64,000 bases of DNA from an uncultured Candidatus Rokubacteria bacterium (GCA_963826115.1 CAWGVS010000002.1:96001-160000), one strand, 5' to 3'; shown: positions 1 through 12,031, counted from the first letter of the stretch. Notes: generated by a model from the letters alone, not told the origin. Translations and numbers: made by a program.

Positions 1-1545
<1,545 letters not shown>

Positions 1546-1787
1546 TGAGACCCTCCCGGTGCCTGTCCCGACCCGTCCGGGCCGGCGCCCTAAGAGGATA
1601 AACGATCCCCGGGCAAGGGCCCGGGCCTCCCTGCGGGTCGGCCCCCCTCTCGTGGGCGCCCGTGGTAGCATGTGGGCCGGCCGGCGGGGGGGTCCGTCCC
1701 GAGGCAGCGTTGCCGGGGACAGACGATGGCGTCCGGTTCGCATTGCCCGCTGGCCCCGGGCGGCGGGCCCTGAGAAGGAGGTCACCA

Positions 1788-2768
1788 ATGCGTCGTGGGA
1801 AATGGGGCGGACCTGTCGCACTCGTCGCGATCTTCCTGGTCCTGGCGGCCGCGGGCTGCGCGACGGCGCCGCCGGTCAAGCCAACGTCGATCGCCTCGGG
1901 GGCCGTCGGCGGCATCTACCAGCCGATCGCCGAGAGCATCGCGAAGATCGCCCGCGAGACGGCGGGGCTCGATCTCCCGCTGACGGTCGAGGCCACCGGC
2001 GCCTCGGTCGCCAACGTCGATCTCCTCAGCACCGGGAAGGTGCAGCTGGCCCTCGTCCAGAACGACATCGCCTTCTACGCGGCCGAGGGCACCACGCTCC
2101 CGGCGTTCCGGGGCAACAAGCGAAAGAACCTCCGCGCCATCCTCTCGATCTACCCCGAGTACGTCCAGGTCGTGGCGACCAAGGCATCCGGGATCACGTC
2201 GGTCGAGGGCTTCCGGGGCAAGCGCGTCGCGCTCGGCCCGGAGGGCTCCGGCACCGAGCAGAACGCGCTCCAGCTGCTCGAGGTCAGCGGGCTCAAGGTG
2301 ACCGACCTCGCGGAGGCGCAGCGCATCGACACCGCCGACGCCGTCACGAAGATGAAGGCCGGCCAGCTGGACGCGGCCTTCTTCACGGTCGGCGCGGGGT
2401 CGCCCCTCGTGCGGGACCTCCTGGCGGACGGCAACGCCCAGCTGGTCCCGGTCCCCCGCGCGCAGATCGCGCGCCTCATCGCCAAGGTCCCCTTCTACTG
2501 GCTGGACGAGATTCCCGCGGGAACCTATCCCGGACAGACGGCCGCGGTCTCGACGCCGTCCCTTCGGGTCCTCCTCCTGACCACCGACAACGCCGACGAG
2601 GCCGCGATCTACGGGCTGACGAAGGCGCTCGTCGACAACATCGCGGCGCTCCGGGCGTCCCATCCGGCGGCGAGCGGGCTGACCGTCGACACCATGCTCC
2701 GCGTCGTCACGGTGCCCCTCCACCCGGGTGCTCTCCGGCTCTACCGCGAGCGCAACATCCAGCAGTAG
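1788..2768 (+). CDS. TAXI-family TRAP transporter solute-binding lipoprotein
   Basis: AGGAGG RBS before ATG 1788; lipobox LAAAGC; [22 protein letters not shown] and PLHPGA motifs. Confidence 0.9.
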   Translation: MRRGKWGGPVALVAIFLVLAAAGCATAPPVKPTSIASGAVGGIYQPIAESIAKIARETAGLDLPLTVEATGASVANVDLLSTGKVQLALVQNDIAFYAAEGTTLPAFRGNKRKNLRAILSIYPEYVQVVATKASGITSVEGFRGKRVALGPEGSGTEQNALQLLEVSGLKVTDLAEAQRIDTADAVTKMKAGQLDAAFFTVGAGSPLVRDLLADGNAQLVPVPRAQIARLIAKVPFYWLDEIPAGTYPGQTAAVSTPSLRVLLLTTDNADEAAIYGLTKALVDNIAALRASHPAASGLTVDTMLRVVTVPLHPGALRLYRERNIQQ

Positions 2769-3221
2769 ACGTGTCCTCGGGGCCGCGCTCCTCGCCGCCG
2801 GCTGCGCCGCGGTGGGCAGCCAGGAGCACGGCCTCGTGTTGACCGTCACCGACGTCGACCGCGGACGCCTCCTCGCGCGGGAGCGCGTCGAGCCGGGCGC
2901 GCTCGTCGTCCTCACCTACGTGCACTCGACGGAGGGCCGGCCCGTGCGCGCGACGCTCCGCGTCGAGGCGGATCGGACGCTGCGCCTGGTCGAGACCGCG
3001 TACCCGAGCGTGGGACCCGGCCTGCCTCCGCTCGGGCCCCCCGGAACGTGGGCCATCGAGGGGGGCGAGATCGTGGACCGCGCCGCCCGCCCCCCCTGCC
3101 CGAGCTGCGGCTTCGAGCAGTGCCGCGGACGCAGCACCGGCTGGTGATGCCCTCCGGCCGCGCGCTCGACCTCGGCACGCTCGTCCCGGCGGGCGACGCC
3201 GTCCGCCTCGCGGTGGAGTAA
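2728..3221 (+). pseudogene. DUF1850-like TAXI-associated protein, frameshifted at C7 run (3090-3096)
   Basis: YVHSTEGRPV and ETAYPSVGPGLP in one frame; plausible C-terminus LPELRLRAVPRTQHRL...GDAVRLAVE* continues in another frame to TAA 3219-3221. May be a sequencing error. Confidence 0.6.
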
Positions 3222-3231
3222 CCCGGGCCCG

Positions 3232-4446
3232 ATGGCCAGCCCCGACGCCAGCGCACCCGGCCCAAGCCCCCGCGGGCGAGTGCTGGTCGTGGACGACGAG
3301 GTCGCGCTGCTGGACATCCTGGGGACCATGCTGGCGGACGCCGGCTGGCAGGCGGACACCGCGCCCGGCGGACGGCAGGCCCTCGGCTTCGTCGACGCGC
3401 ACCGCTACGACGTCATCCTCTCGGACATCGACATGCCGGGCATCAACGGGGTCCAGCTTCTGCGCGAGATCCGCGCGCGCGACCTCGACGTGCCGGTGCT
3501 CCTCATCACCGGGCATCCGCGGGTGGAGACGGCCGTGGAGGCGCTCGAGCACGGCGCCCTCCGATACCTCCAGAAGCCCCTCCGGGAGCGCGATCTCCTC
3601 CAGGCGGTGGACGACGCCGCGCGGCTCCACCGCATGGCGCGGCTCAAGCGCGAGGCGCTGGCGGCGGTGGGGCTCGAGGGCCGGCTGCCCTCGGACCGAG
3701 CGGGGCTGGAGAACCGGTTCGGCCAGGCGCTCGCGTCCCTGCGTCTCGTCTTCCAGCCCATCCTCCGAGCGGCCGACGGGACCGTCTTCGGCTACGAGGC
3801 GCTGACGCGCACGAGCGAGCCGAGCCTCCCGAACCCCGGCGCCCTGTTCGAGGCCGCGGAACGGCTCGGTCGCGTGCACGAGGTCGGCGGCGTCGTGCGG
3901 GACCGCGCGGCGTCGTTCCTCTCCCGCGCGCCGTTCCTGACCCTGTTCGTGAACGTGCACGCGCAGGAGCTGACGGACGACGCACTCCTGTCGCCGGCGG
4001 CGGCGCTGTCGACTCACGCGCGCTCGGTGGTGCTCGAGCTGACCGAGCGGAGCTCGTTCGAGCACGTGCCGAACCTGCGCGCGCGGGTCTCGCTCCTCCG
4101 GCGCCTCGGCTTCCGGCTGGCGGTGGACGATCTCGGCGCGGGCTACGCGGGCCTCACGAGCTTCGCGGCCCTCAACCCCCACGTCGTCAAGCTCGACATG
4201 TCGCTCGTGCGCGGCGCCGACACCGAGCCGGTCAAGCAGCGGCTGATCGGGTCGATGGCGTCGCTCTGCAAGGAGTTCGGCATCATGGTGGTGGCCGAGG
4301 GCATCGAGACGGTCGGCGAGCGCGACACCGTCGTCGGGCTCGGCTGCGACCTCATGCAGGGCTTCCTCTTCGGCCACCCGGTCGAGGCCGAGGTCGCGCT
4401 GGCGGCGCACGAGAGCCGGCCGCCCGCCGCGGCGCCGGACCGATGA
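3232..4446 (+). CDS. Response regulator with EAL c-di-GMP phosphodiesterase domain (REC-EAL)
   Basis: VLVVDDE...LSDIDMPG...KP receiver; YEALTR, DDLGAGY, KLD, AEGIET, QGFLF EAL motifs. Confidence 0.92.
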   Translation: MASPDASAPGPSPRGRVLVVDDEVALLDILGTMLADAGWQADTAPGGRQALGFVDAHRYDVILSDIDMPGINGVQLLREIRARDLDVPVLLITGHPRVETAVEALEHGALRYLQKPLRERDLLQAVDDAARLHRMARLKREALAAVGLEGRLPSDRAGLENRFGQALASLRLVFQPILRAADGTVFGYEALTRTSEPSLPNPGALFEAAERLGRVHEVGGVVRDRAASFLSRAPFLTLFVNVHAQELTDDALLSPAAALSTHARSVVLELTERSSFEHVPNLRARVSLLRRLGFRLAVDDLGAGYAGLTSFAALNPHVVKLDMSLVRGADTEPVKQRLIGSMASLCKEFGIMVVAEGIETVGERDTVVGLGCDLMQGFLFGHPVEAEVALAAHESRPPAAAPDR

Positions 4447-4817
4447 CCTACCGATCGCCCGCGCGACTCCCGGCCGCGTCCCGGCTGTCGCACCAGGCTC
4501 ATCCGGCGACCTCGGGCTGACGCTCGGGGTCGGAGGGCGATGTCGGTGCGCTACCTAGTGGCCGATCTCCCTGACATCGCGGCCATCCCAAGCCCACCTG
4601 GGTGATTGCCGAGCTCGCCGCCTTCGAATGACGTGGGTCGTCCGGCGCGCCGCGCGTCGACCGCCTTGGCGGGCGATCTTCCCGGTCCAGCACGTCGGCG
4701 CCGAGTACCCCGGCGCATCCGGCGCCTATCTCGTCTTCCAGTTCGCGGTGGCCGCCGCCGAGCGGATGTGGGCGGTTCCCGCGCCGTCTCGGCCCGTCTC
4801 GGCGCGGCGGGATGGCG

Positions 4818-6509
4818 TCAGCCGCCGGGCGGTGCCGGCGGGGGAATCCGCTCCTTGACGAAGAGGAGCGGAACACCCTGACGGGCCACGACATGGACCA
4901 CCCGGCCCTGGAACCGCTGGTCGCACGCCCACCTCGTGGTCGCGATGAAGATGTCCGGTCGGTCGTCGATCGGCCGGAAGGCGTAGCTCCCCACGTACTC
5001 GAACCGGTCCGGGGGCAGGTAGTACTCCACCGAGAGCGGCGGCGAGCAGCTGCCCACGCGGAGGCGCGTCATCCCCGGCGCCTCCCGGTAGTGTCGCGCC
5101 ACCCACTCCGTGCCTTCCCGGTAGCTATTGCCCCAGTAGTCCGTCTCGTAGCGCCCGGCGGCCTCCGACAGGCCCCCTGCGATCGCGCGGTTGAAGAACA
5201 CGGTCTCGTAGGGATGGAGCTGGACCATGTCGCGCAGGGTCACGAGGAGGGATAGGGCTCCTCCGACGGCCACGACCAGGCACAGGAGGCGGTGGCGCCG
5301 GTCGGCGAGGAGGGCATCGAACGCGCACCCGCAGAGACTGGCGAGCAAGGGGATCGTGAACAGCGCGTGCCGGAGGCCGTCGTAGACCACGGTGCCGCGG
5401 GTGGCGGCGTACGCGTAGGGCCCGAACGCCGCGGCGCCGACGAGCGCGAGGCCGATCACTCGCGGGTTTCCGAGGGCGCTCCGGCCGGCCCTCACCAGCG
5501 CCGGCGCCGCGAGGACGGCGCCCCCCGCAAGCGCCAGGAAGTACACCTCGGGGAGCGTGAGGGCCGCCCACTTGGCGAGGTAGTAGGGGGGAAGCTGGGC
5601 CGCGGGCACGAAGCGGCCCTCGAACAGCACCGGATACGTCCAGGGGAAGCGCTCGGCGATTCCCAGTGCCTCCAACGGATGGCGCAGCGGGCGCACCTGG
5701 GCGGCCGGCCAGACGATCAGCATCACGACGTAGGCGATGGCCGCGATCGCCAGCCAGGTCACGCCGAGGTGGCCGAGCTCCGCCGCGAGATGCCGGACCC
5801 CTTGGTCTCGCCGGGTTCGGCCGGCGCGATCCACGATCCCGAGCAGGCCGGCCAGCCCGAGCAGGGCCAGGAGGAACACCCCGGCGATGCGAATCGCGAG
5901 CGTGGCGCCGATCATCAGGCCCAGCGGGAGCACCTGCCTGAACGACAGCCGCGGCAAGCGTGGGACCGCGGCGACAACGGCGCCGAGCGCCCACACGACC
6001 CCGAGTGCGAACGGCACGTCCTTGGGATTGTTGAACGCGTGACCGAAGAAGACCGGCGTCGCGATCAGGATGAGGCTGGCCCAGAACGCCGCCCGCGCGC
6101 TCCAGAGCCGGGTCGTCAGGCGCTGGACCCCGATGACGGTCGCGACGCCGCACAGCCCGGAGAGCAGGTGGCGCGTCTCGAACGCGCCGACGGGGGACAC
6201 GCGCGCGAGACCCTGGGCCACGACGTCGAAGAGGCCACCCAGGTATGAGTACAGTCCTTGATGCAGGGCACGCGGGTCGGTCAGTCCGCTCCCGTACCAG
6301 GCGAGGATGGCGTCCCCGTAGCCGGCGTGCCCGCGCTCGTCCCAGGTGATGCCGGCGTCGTTGTAGAGGATCAGGGTGGCCACGGTGTACGCGGCGATGA
6401 GGAGCCAGTTCGCGAGCGCCCACGGGGCCGGGCGTGGTGGCGCGGGCCCGTCCGACCCCGGGCGTGCCTCCGCCGGTGGCCGGGCCCCGTCGCCCTGGCC
6501 TTGTGTCAC
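4818..6509 (-). CDS. GT-C fold membrane glycosyltransferase (ArnT/PMT, GT39-like)
   Basis: GTG 6509 overlaps upstream stop (GTGA); ITWDE motif after first TM, FNNPKDVPF, multiple TM helices, ETDYWG. Confidence 0.8.
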   Translation of the reverse strand: MTQGQGDGARPPAEARPGSDGPAPPRPAPWALANWLLIAAYTVATLILYNDAGITWDERGHAGYGDAILAWYGSGLTDPRALHQGLYSYLGGLFDVVAQGLARVSPVGAFETRHLLSGLCGVATVIGVQRLTTRLWSARAAFWASLILIATPVFFGHAFNNPKDVPFALGVVWALGAVVAAVPRLPRLSFRQVLPLGLMIGATLAIRIAGVFLLALLGLAGLLGIVDRAGRTRRDQGVRHLAAELGHLGVTWLAIAAIAYVVMLIVWPAAQVRPLRHPLEALGIAERFPWTYPVLFEGRFVPAAQLPPYYLAKWAALTLPEVYFLALAGGAVLAAPALVRAGRSALGNPRVIGLALVGAAAFGPYAYAATRGTVVYDGLRHALFTIPLLASLCGCAFDALLADRRHRLLCLVVAVGGALSLLVTLRDMVQLHPYETVFFNRAIAGGLSEAAGRYETDYWGNSYREGTEWVARHYREAPGMTRLRVGSCSPPLSVEYYLPPDRFEYVGSYAFRPIDDRPDIFIATTRWACDQRFQGRVVHVVARQGVPLLFVKERIPPPAPPGG

Positions 6510-7240
6510 GCCTGCCGAGCTCCCGCGCGGTCCGGTGCGCCGTTGCGCGCGACCAGGACGGCCGCGCCGAAGCGCGCGAGCGTCCCGTAGCACGGCAGGG
6601 CGAGGACGGTCACCCGGCCCGGCGGGACGGGCGCTGCTCCGGCCAGGGCCTGGAGGGTCTCCTTCGGCAGCGACAGTCGCGCGAGCACGACGGCGACCCG
6701 GCATCCTGTCCTGACCTCGTTCCGCAGCGGCACCGGCGGATCCGTCGCGGCACGCAGAATGAGGGCGGCCGGCAGGAGCGTCAGGATGGACGTGTGGAGC
6801 CAGGCGAACGGGTTCAGCAGCGCCCCGAGGATGCTCCAGAGCGCGAAGAGCGCGCCCTCGAGAGCCTGGCTCGTCCGGGCCGGCAGGCGCCAGATCAGAA
6901 CGAGGGCCGCGCCGATCCGGCCGGAGATGAGGCGCGCCGTCATGGGCACGTCGACGAGCGGCTCCGCGCGCCGGCCGGCGGAGACGAGCCGCGTCACCAG
7001 ACCCGTGACGGAGACGCCGTTCTCGAGGCGGTCCTCCCAGAACGCGATGTTCGCGGGCGCCCGAGAGAGGAATGCGCGCCACGGGTCGGTCCCGATGACC
7101 GCCACCCACCCGAAGGCCAGCGCGCCGACCGTCACGACGAGCGCGACAGCCGCGCGCGGGCGGCGGAGCGCCGAATACGGGAACACCGCCGGCGGCGTGA
7201 GCTTGAACGTCGAGGCGAGACCGATGAGGGTAGTCGACAT
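6506..7240 (-). pseudogene. Truncated GT87/DUF2029-like membrane glycosyltransferase (C-terminal half only)
   Basis: GLASTFKLTP (KxxP), NGVSVTGLV and LLNPFAWLH motifs; N-terminal half absent, IS lies just upstream. Confidence 0.5.
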
Positions 7241-7350
7241 GAAACCCCTGCTCGGTCAGGTCCCCATGGGAGCTGGCGGACAACGCTCGCCCTGCGTGAG
7301 GGCCGCACGCGACCCCAATCCTGCGCCGGCGGCGCGGAGGGTGTCAAGAA

Positions 7351-8669
7351 CGCGATCGCCCTCAAAACAAGTGCTACCCAAACGAAAGGGGTTGCCTCAA
7401 AACCGGTGTTACCAAGTCACTCACCGGAAAGGGGCCCCTGTGACCGAGCCAGCGCGCCGAGAATACGCCGCGGTGATGCGCGCCCGCTATCAGCACGCCA
7501 ATCGGCGGGAGCGTGGCCGACTGCTCGACGAGTACTGCCGCACCACCGGCTGTCACCGCAAGGCGGCCATCCGGCGACTGCGGCGCCGGCCTGGCCCACG
7601 CGGCCAGGCTCCGGGACGCCCCGTCCAGTACGTGCCGCGCGACTTGGCCGCGGTCCTCGAGCGGGCCTGGCTGGCCAGCGATCAGCTCTCCGGCAAGCTG
7701 CTGCGCCCCATCCTCCCCACGTTGCTGACAGCCCTGGCCACGCGGCATGGCCTGCCCATCGCCCCGACGGTTCAGGCTGCGCTCACCCGCGCCAGTGCGG
7801 CCACCCTGGACCGGCTGCTGCGGCCGCTGCGGCGGCGCCGCCCGCGCCAGCCCCGGCGGCGCGCCCCAGCCCTCACCGCGCTGCGCGCCCAGGTGCCGCG
7901 TCGCACCTGGAGCGAGTGGACCGGCGTCGCCCCGGGCGCACTGCAAGGCGATCTGGTCCTGCATTGCGGGGAGTCGACCGCCGGCCGATACTGCGCGACG
8001 CTGGTCGCCGTCGACGTGGCCACCAGTTGGACCGAACTGCAGGCCCTCTGGGATCTGCACCACCAGCGGGTCACCGGCGCCATCCAGCACGTCCACGCAC
8101 GTCTGCCGTTCTCGCTGCGCGAGTGGCACAGCGACAATGGCAGTGAGTTCATCAACGCCGCCTTGCTCGGCTGGTGCCGGCGCCACGGGGTCCGCTTCAC
8201 CCGCGGGCGGCCCTACCGAAAGAACGACCAGGCGTGGGTCGAACAGCGCAACGGCCTGCTCGTGCGCCGCCTCGTCGGCTACGACCGCTATAGCTCCCGG
8301 GCCGCCTGGGCCCTCTTGCAGCGCCTCTACGGCCTGCTCCGGCTCCAGCCCAACTTCTTCCGCCCAATGCGCAAGCTGCTCAGCAAGCGCCGGCTCGGGA
8401 GTAAGGTCCTCAAGCGCTACGATGCCGCACAGACCCCCGACCAGCGGGTCCTCGCCGCAGGCGGACTCACCCCTGAACAGCGACAGGCCCTGGCCGCCCA
8501 GTTTCACGCCCTCGACCCCATCACCTTGGCCCGGGACATTCAGCGAACCCTGGACCAGCTCTGGCCGCTCGCCGATACTCGATCTCCTCGGCAGGAGACC
8601 GCCCATGGGTAACACCCTTTTGAGGCACCGCCCCCACCGCTCGGTAACACCTACTTCTGAGGCATCACG
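7351..8669 (+). mobile_element. Insertion sequence with rve/DDE transposase and two inverted subterminal repeats per end
   Basis: Left TGCCTCAAAACCGGTGTTACC (7393-7413) and GCCCTCAAAACAAGTGCTACC (7358-7378) are inverted relative to right GGTAACACCCTTTTGAGGCA (8608-8627) and GGTAACACCTACTTCTGAGGCA (8643-8664); exact tips approximate. Confidence 0.8.
7440..8612 (+). CDS. DDE-type integrase/transposase (rve core)
   Basis: GTG 7440 after GGAAAGGGG; GDLVLHCG, HSDNGSEFIN, RGRPYRKNDQAWVEQRN. Confidence 0.9.
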   Translation: MTEPARREYAAVMRARYQHANRRERGRLLDEYCRTTGCHRKAAIRRLRRRPGPRGQAPGRPVQYVPRDLAAVLERAWLASDQLSGKLLRPILPTLLTALATRHGLPIAPTVQAALTRASAATLDRLLRPLRRRRPRQPRRRAPALTALRAQVPRRTWSEWTGVAPGALQGDLVLHCGESTAGRYCATLVAVDVATSWTELQALWDLHHQRVTGAIQHVHARLPFSLREWHSDNGSEFINAALLGWCRRHGVRFTRGRPYRKNDQAWVEQRNGLLVRRLVGYDRYSSRAAWALLQRLYGLLRLQPNFFRPMRKLLSKRRLGSKVLKRYDAAQTPDQRVLAAGGLTPEQRQALAAQFHALDPITLARDIQRTLDQLWPLADTRSPRQETAHG

Positions 8670-9088
8670 GGATGCACGACGTGGGATCCGCAGCGTTCAG
8701 GACTTCGGCGTCGTCTGGTGAGGGCGTGGGGAAGCACGGGGCAAACCGTCTCCAGGTCAAGCAAGGGCACTCCGAAGCGCCGGCAGAACACGCCGAAGGC
8801 GGCGTCGACGGCCGCGATACGGAGGTCGCACCAGAGGGCAGTTCAAGGCCGCCAGCCACCGCGTGGCCCTCCACTGCGGCGAGCCCGGGCTTGCTCAGGA
8901 GCAGGCGAGTCGGGCCGAGGGGCGCCAGCGCGTCCTCACCCGAGTCGAGGGCATCAGGGGTCTCTCCGGGCGGGTTTCCATTCTGATTGCCATTCGACGG
9001 CGAAAACGGGGAAGAAAGGGGGCACACGAAGGTGTCCGTGGAGGTCGGCAAGCCAAGGCCGAATCGCGTGAAATCCTCGGAAGATCGG

Positions 9089-9164
9089 TGGTAGGCGGAG
9101 CAGGATTCGAACCTGCGACATCAGCCTTGTAAGGGCTGCGCTCTGTCCGCTGAGCTATCCGCCC
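9089..9164 (-). tRNA. tRNA-Val(TAC)
   Basis: Reverse complement GGGCGGATAGCTCAGCGGACAGAGCGCAGCCCT-TAC-AAGGCTGATGTCGCAGGTTCGAATCCTGCTCCGCCTACCA: cloverleaf, TTCGAAT T-loop, encoded CCA. Confidence 0.96.
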
Positions 9165-9292
9165 GTGCCCAGGAAATCTAGCGAGTTACGCGGCGGCGGT
9201 CAACGTCGGCCATGGTGAGCCTCGCGCTCGGCCACCGGCCATGGTGACCACAATCGTGGGCGTCGGCGGGGTGATCCTGTACGATCCGGGCC

Positions 9293-10681
9293 GTGCGCGT
9301 GCACCTGATCACGGCCGAGTCGCCGGAGTCGCGACGCCTCCGCCGCGGCCGGCTCATCCAGTTTCCCCAGCTCACCATGCCGCTGATCGCGGCTCTCACG
9401 CCGCGCGAGCACGTGGTCACGCACACGGACGAGATCGTCGAGCCGGTGCGCTTCGACGTCCCGGCGGACCTGGTCGGGATCACCGCGCCGACGCCCTCCG
9501 CGCCGCACGCCTATCGCCTGGCCCGGGAATTCCGCCGCCGCGGCGTGCCGGTGGTCCTGGGCGGGCCGCACGCCACCGCGCTGCCCGAGGAGGCGGCGCG
9601 CCACGCCAGCGCCGTCGTCGTCGGAGAGGCCGAGGACACCTGGCCCCGGGTGCTGCACGATGCCGCCCGCGGAACGCTGGAGGCGGTCTACGTCTCGAGC
9701 CGGAAGGCCTCGCTGGCCGGCATGCCCGCCCCCCGCTGGGACCTCATCAAGGGACGCCGCTACGGAAAGGCCGTCACCATCGCGACGCGCGGGTGCCCCC
9801 ACCGCTGCGACTACTGCACGATCCCGCTCCTCTACGGCCCGGGAACCGTCCGCTACCGCCCCATCGACGAGGTCGTCCGGGAGGTGGCCGCGAGCCCCAC
9901 GCGGGCGGTGGTGTTCTGGGACGACAACATCGGCGCGAACCCGCGCTATGCGAAGGCGCTGTTCCGGGCGCTCACGCCGCTCCGGAAGTGGTGGACGAGC
10001 CAGTGCACGGCCAACGCCGCGCGGGATGAGGAGCTCGTCGCGCTGGCCGCGCGGAGCGGCTGCAAGGCGCTGTTCCTGGGCCTGGAGTCGATCTCCCAGG
10101 AGAGCCTCGAGGGCACGAACAAGGCGCACAACCGGGTCGACGACTACCACCGGCTCATCAGGAGCCTGCACCGCCTGGGGATCGCGGTCCACCTGGGGAT
10201 CATGTTCGGCTTCGACCAGGACGACGCCGGGATCTTCCGGCGCACGGCGGACTTCCTCGACGAGGCCTGCGTGGACGTCGCCACGGTGAGCATGGTGGTG
10301 CCCATGCCGGGGACGCCGACCTTCCGGCGCCTCCACGCCGAGGGACGGATCCTGACCGCCGACTGGTCGCGATACGACGGGAAGAAGCACTGCGTCTTCG
10401 AGCCCGCCCGCATGTCGCCGGCGGAGCTGGAGGCCGGGACGGAGTGGGTCGCTCGCCGCTTCTACTCGCCGCGCTCGATCGCCCGGCGCCTCGCCGGCTC
10501 GCGCGCGGGCGTCTGGTGGAATCTCCCGCGGAACGTGGGCTACATGATCGCCGACCGGTTGAACGCGCGACCAGCGTGGGACCCCGGCCGGGGGCGCACA
10601 CCGCGGGCGAGCGACGAAGCGCCGGCCGCAGGCGTCGACGGCCAGGCGCCGCGCGTCATGTCGTTACCTTCGCGCTCCTAG
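9293..10681 (+). CDS. B12-binding domain radical SAM protein
   Basis: VVLGGPHAT cobalamin-binding motif; RGCPHRCDYC CxxxCxxC; FWDDN, GLES, PMPGTP. Confidence 0.9.
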   Translation: MRVHLITAESPESRRLRRGRLIQFPQLTMPLIAALTPREHVVTHTDEIVEPVRFDVPADLVGITAPTPSAPHAYRLAREFRRRGVPVVLGGPHATALPEEAARHASAVVVGEAEDTWPRVLHDAARGTLEAVYVSSRKASLAGMPAPRWDLIKGRRYGKAVTIATRGCPHRCDYCTIPLLYGPGTVRYRPIDEVVREVAASPTRAVVFWDDNIGANPRYAKALFRALTPLRKWWTSQCTANAARDEELVALAARSGCKALFLGLESISQESLEGTNKAHNRVDDYHRLIRSLHRLGIAVHLGIMFGFDQDDAGIFRRTADFLDEACVDVATVSMVVPMPGTPTFRRLHAEGRILTADWSRYDGKKHCVFEPARMSPAELEAGTEWVARRFYSPRSIARRLAGSRAGVWWNLPRNVGYMIADRLNARPAWDPGRGRTPRASDEAPAAGVDGQAPRVMSLPSRS

Positions 10682-11874
10682 GCGCGGATCTCTTCCTCCC
10701 GCTCGATCTTGCCCGGGTCGAGCGCCATGTTGGCGCCGGGCGCGTCGGGGAGGTGGATGAGCCCGTTCACCGGGCGGAGCGGGTGCTTCAGGAAGTGCAT
10801 GTTGATGTCGTTCCACTTCGCCAGATACTCCTGGTACGGGGTGTGGATCGGCGATTGCGTCACCGAGAAGTGGATGGTCATCGGCGTCGAGTGTCCGTGG
10901 GGAATCGTGATCAGGTCGTGGGCGGTCGCGCAGGCCGCGATCTTCAGCGTCTCCGAGAGACCGCCGCACCAGTAGATGTCCGGCTGGAGGACGTCCAGGG
11001 CGTCCCGGTCGAGGAAGCGCTTGAAGCCCCAGCGCGTGTACTCGTGCTCGGCGCCCGACAGCGGGATCCGCGTCTTGGCCTTGAGCTTCACGTAGCTGTC
11101 GACGCGGTCGGGCATGAAGGCCTCTTCGAGCCAGCGCGGCCGGTATTCCTCGATCCGCTCGCAGAGGTCGACGGCGTAGTCGAAGCTCATGCTCTGCCAG
11201 CAATCCAGCATGATCGGGTAGCCGTCGCCGAGCGTCTCGCGGAGGGCCCGGACCAGCGCGACGTTCTTCGCGAGGCCCTCGGGCCCGCTCATCGGCCCGT
11301 GCCGGAAGAACCACTTCTGGGCCGGGTAGCCCAGCTCGCGATACCGGAGGGCGCGCTCGCGAACCTTGCCGAGATCCTCGACCGCGTACCCCAGCATGCT
11401 GGCGTAGGCCGGCACCTCGGTGCGCGTGGGTCCACCGAGGAGGCGCCAGATCGGCTGGCCCAAGGCCTGTCCCTTGATGTCCCAGAGGGCGCAGTCGACC
11501 GCGGAGATCGCGATCATGGCGTCGCCCTGGCGCCCGTGCACCTGGAAGCGGTGCATCTGATCCCAGAGGCGCTCGGTGGCGTGCGGATCCTGGCCCAGGA
11601 GAAGGTGGGCGAGCTGCGTCAGGACGAGCCGGGCGGGATCGGGCCAGAGCGGCCCGGCGATGCCGCTGATCCCCTCGTCGGTCGAGATCTCCAGGAACTC
11701 CTGCGTGGTGCGGAAATGCCGATCGTCGATCTGCTCGCCGCCGGCGGTCCGCCAGGGATCGCGTCGATGCTCCGGGTAGACGTCGATCGGGCGGACCAGG
11801 CGGTCCTCCCACATGGGGCCGTCGGTCGACAGGGTACCGGTGAGCCGCCGCACCCTGAGGCTCCGGATCTTCAT
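10678..11874 (-). CDS. Mandelate racemase/enolase-superfamily acid-sugar dehydratase (rhamnonate dehydratase-like)
   Basis: AISAVDCALWDIKG, PIWRLLGG, MLDCW, WLEE, GAEHE, QPD...GG, IPHGH. Confidence 0.88.
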   Translation of the reverse strand: MKIRSLRVRRLTGTLSTDGPMWEDRLVRPIDVYPEHRRDPWRTAGGEQIDDRHFRTTQEFLEISTDEGISGIAGPLWPDPARLVLTQLAHLLLGQDPHATERLWDQMHRFQVHGRQGDAMIAISAVDCALWDIKGQALGQPIWRLLGGPTRTEVPAYASMLGYAVEDLGKVRERALRYRELGYPAQKWFFRHGPMSGPEGLAKNVALVRALRETLGDGYPIMLDCWQSMSFDYAVDLCERIEEYRPRWLEEAFMPDRVDSYVKLKAKTRIPLSGAEHEYTRWGFKRFLDRDALDVLQPDIYWCGGLSETLKIAACATAHDLITIPHGHSTPMTIHFSVTQSPIHTPYQEYLAKWNDINMHFLKHPLRPVNGLIHLPDAPGANMALDPGKIEREEEIRA

Positions 11875-12002
11875 GGCCGCACCGGGTGGCGTCCGTCCAT
11901 CACGTCATCCTCCCCCGCGCGAGCGCGGCCGGCGGGATCGTCGGGTCGAGAGCGGAGAGTACACGGCAGCCTCCTGGCCGCCGAGTTATTCGCCCGCCTG
12001 GA

Positions 12003-12031
12003 AACCTACGAGGTCACGGGACGCGCGTCAA
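12003..12031 (-). promoter_or_regulatory. Candidate sigma70 promoter for the enolase-family gene
   Basis: Minus strand TTGACG-N17-TAGGTT. Confidence 0.4.

Noticed and set aside
4628-4858. Short ORF between REC-EAL and the GT39-like gene
   Set aside because: No RBS or recognisable motif; overlaps the convergent gene end; at most a remnant
7342-7350. TGTCAAG as left IS terminus
   Set aside because: No matching CTTGACA at the right end, so not used as the boundary
8665-9088. ORFs or integrase next to tRNA-Val
   Set aside because: No tyrosine or serine recombinase motifs in the listed frames; no att duplicate recognised
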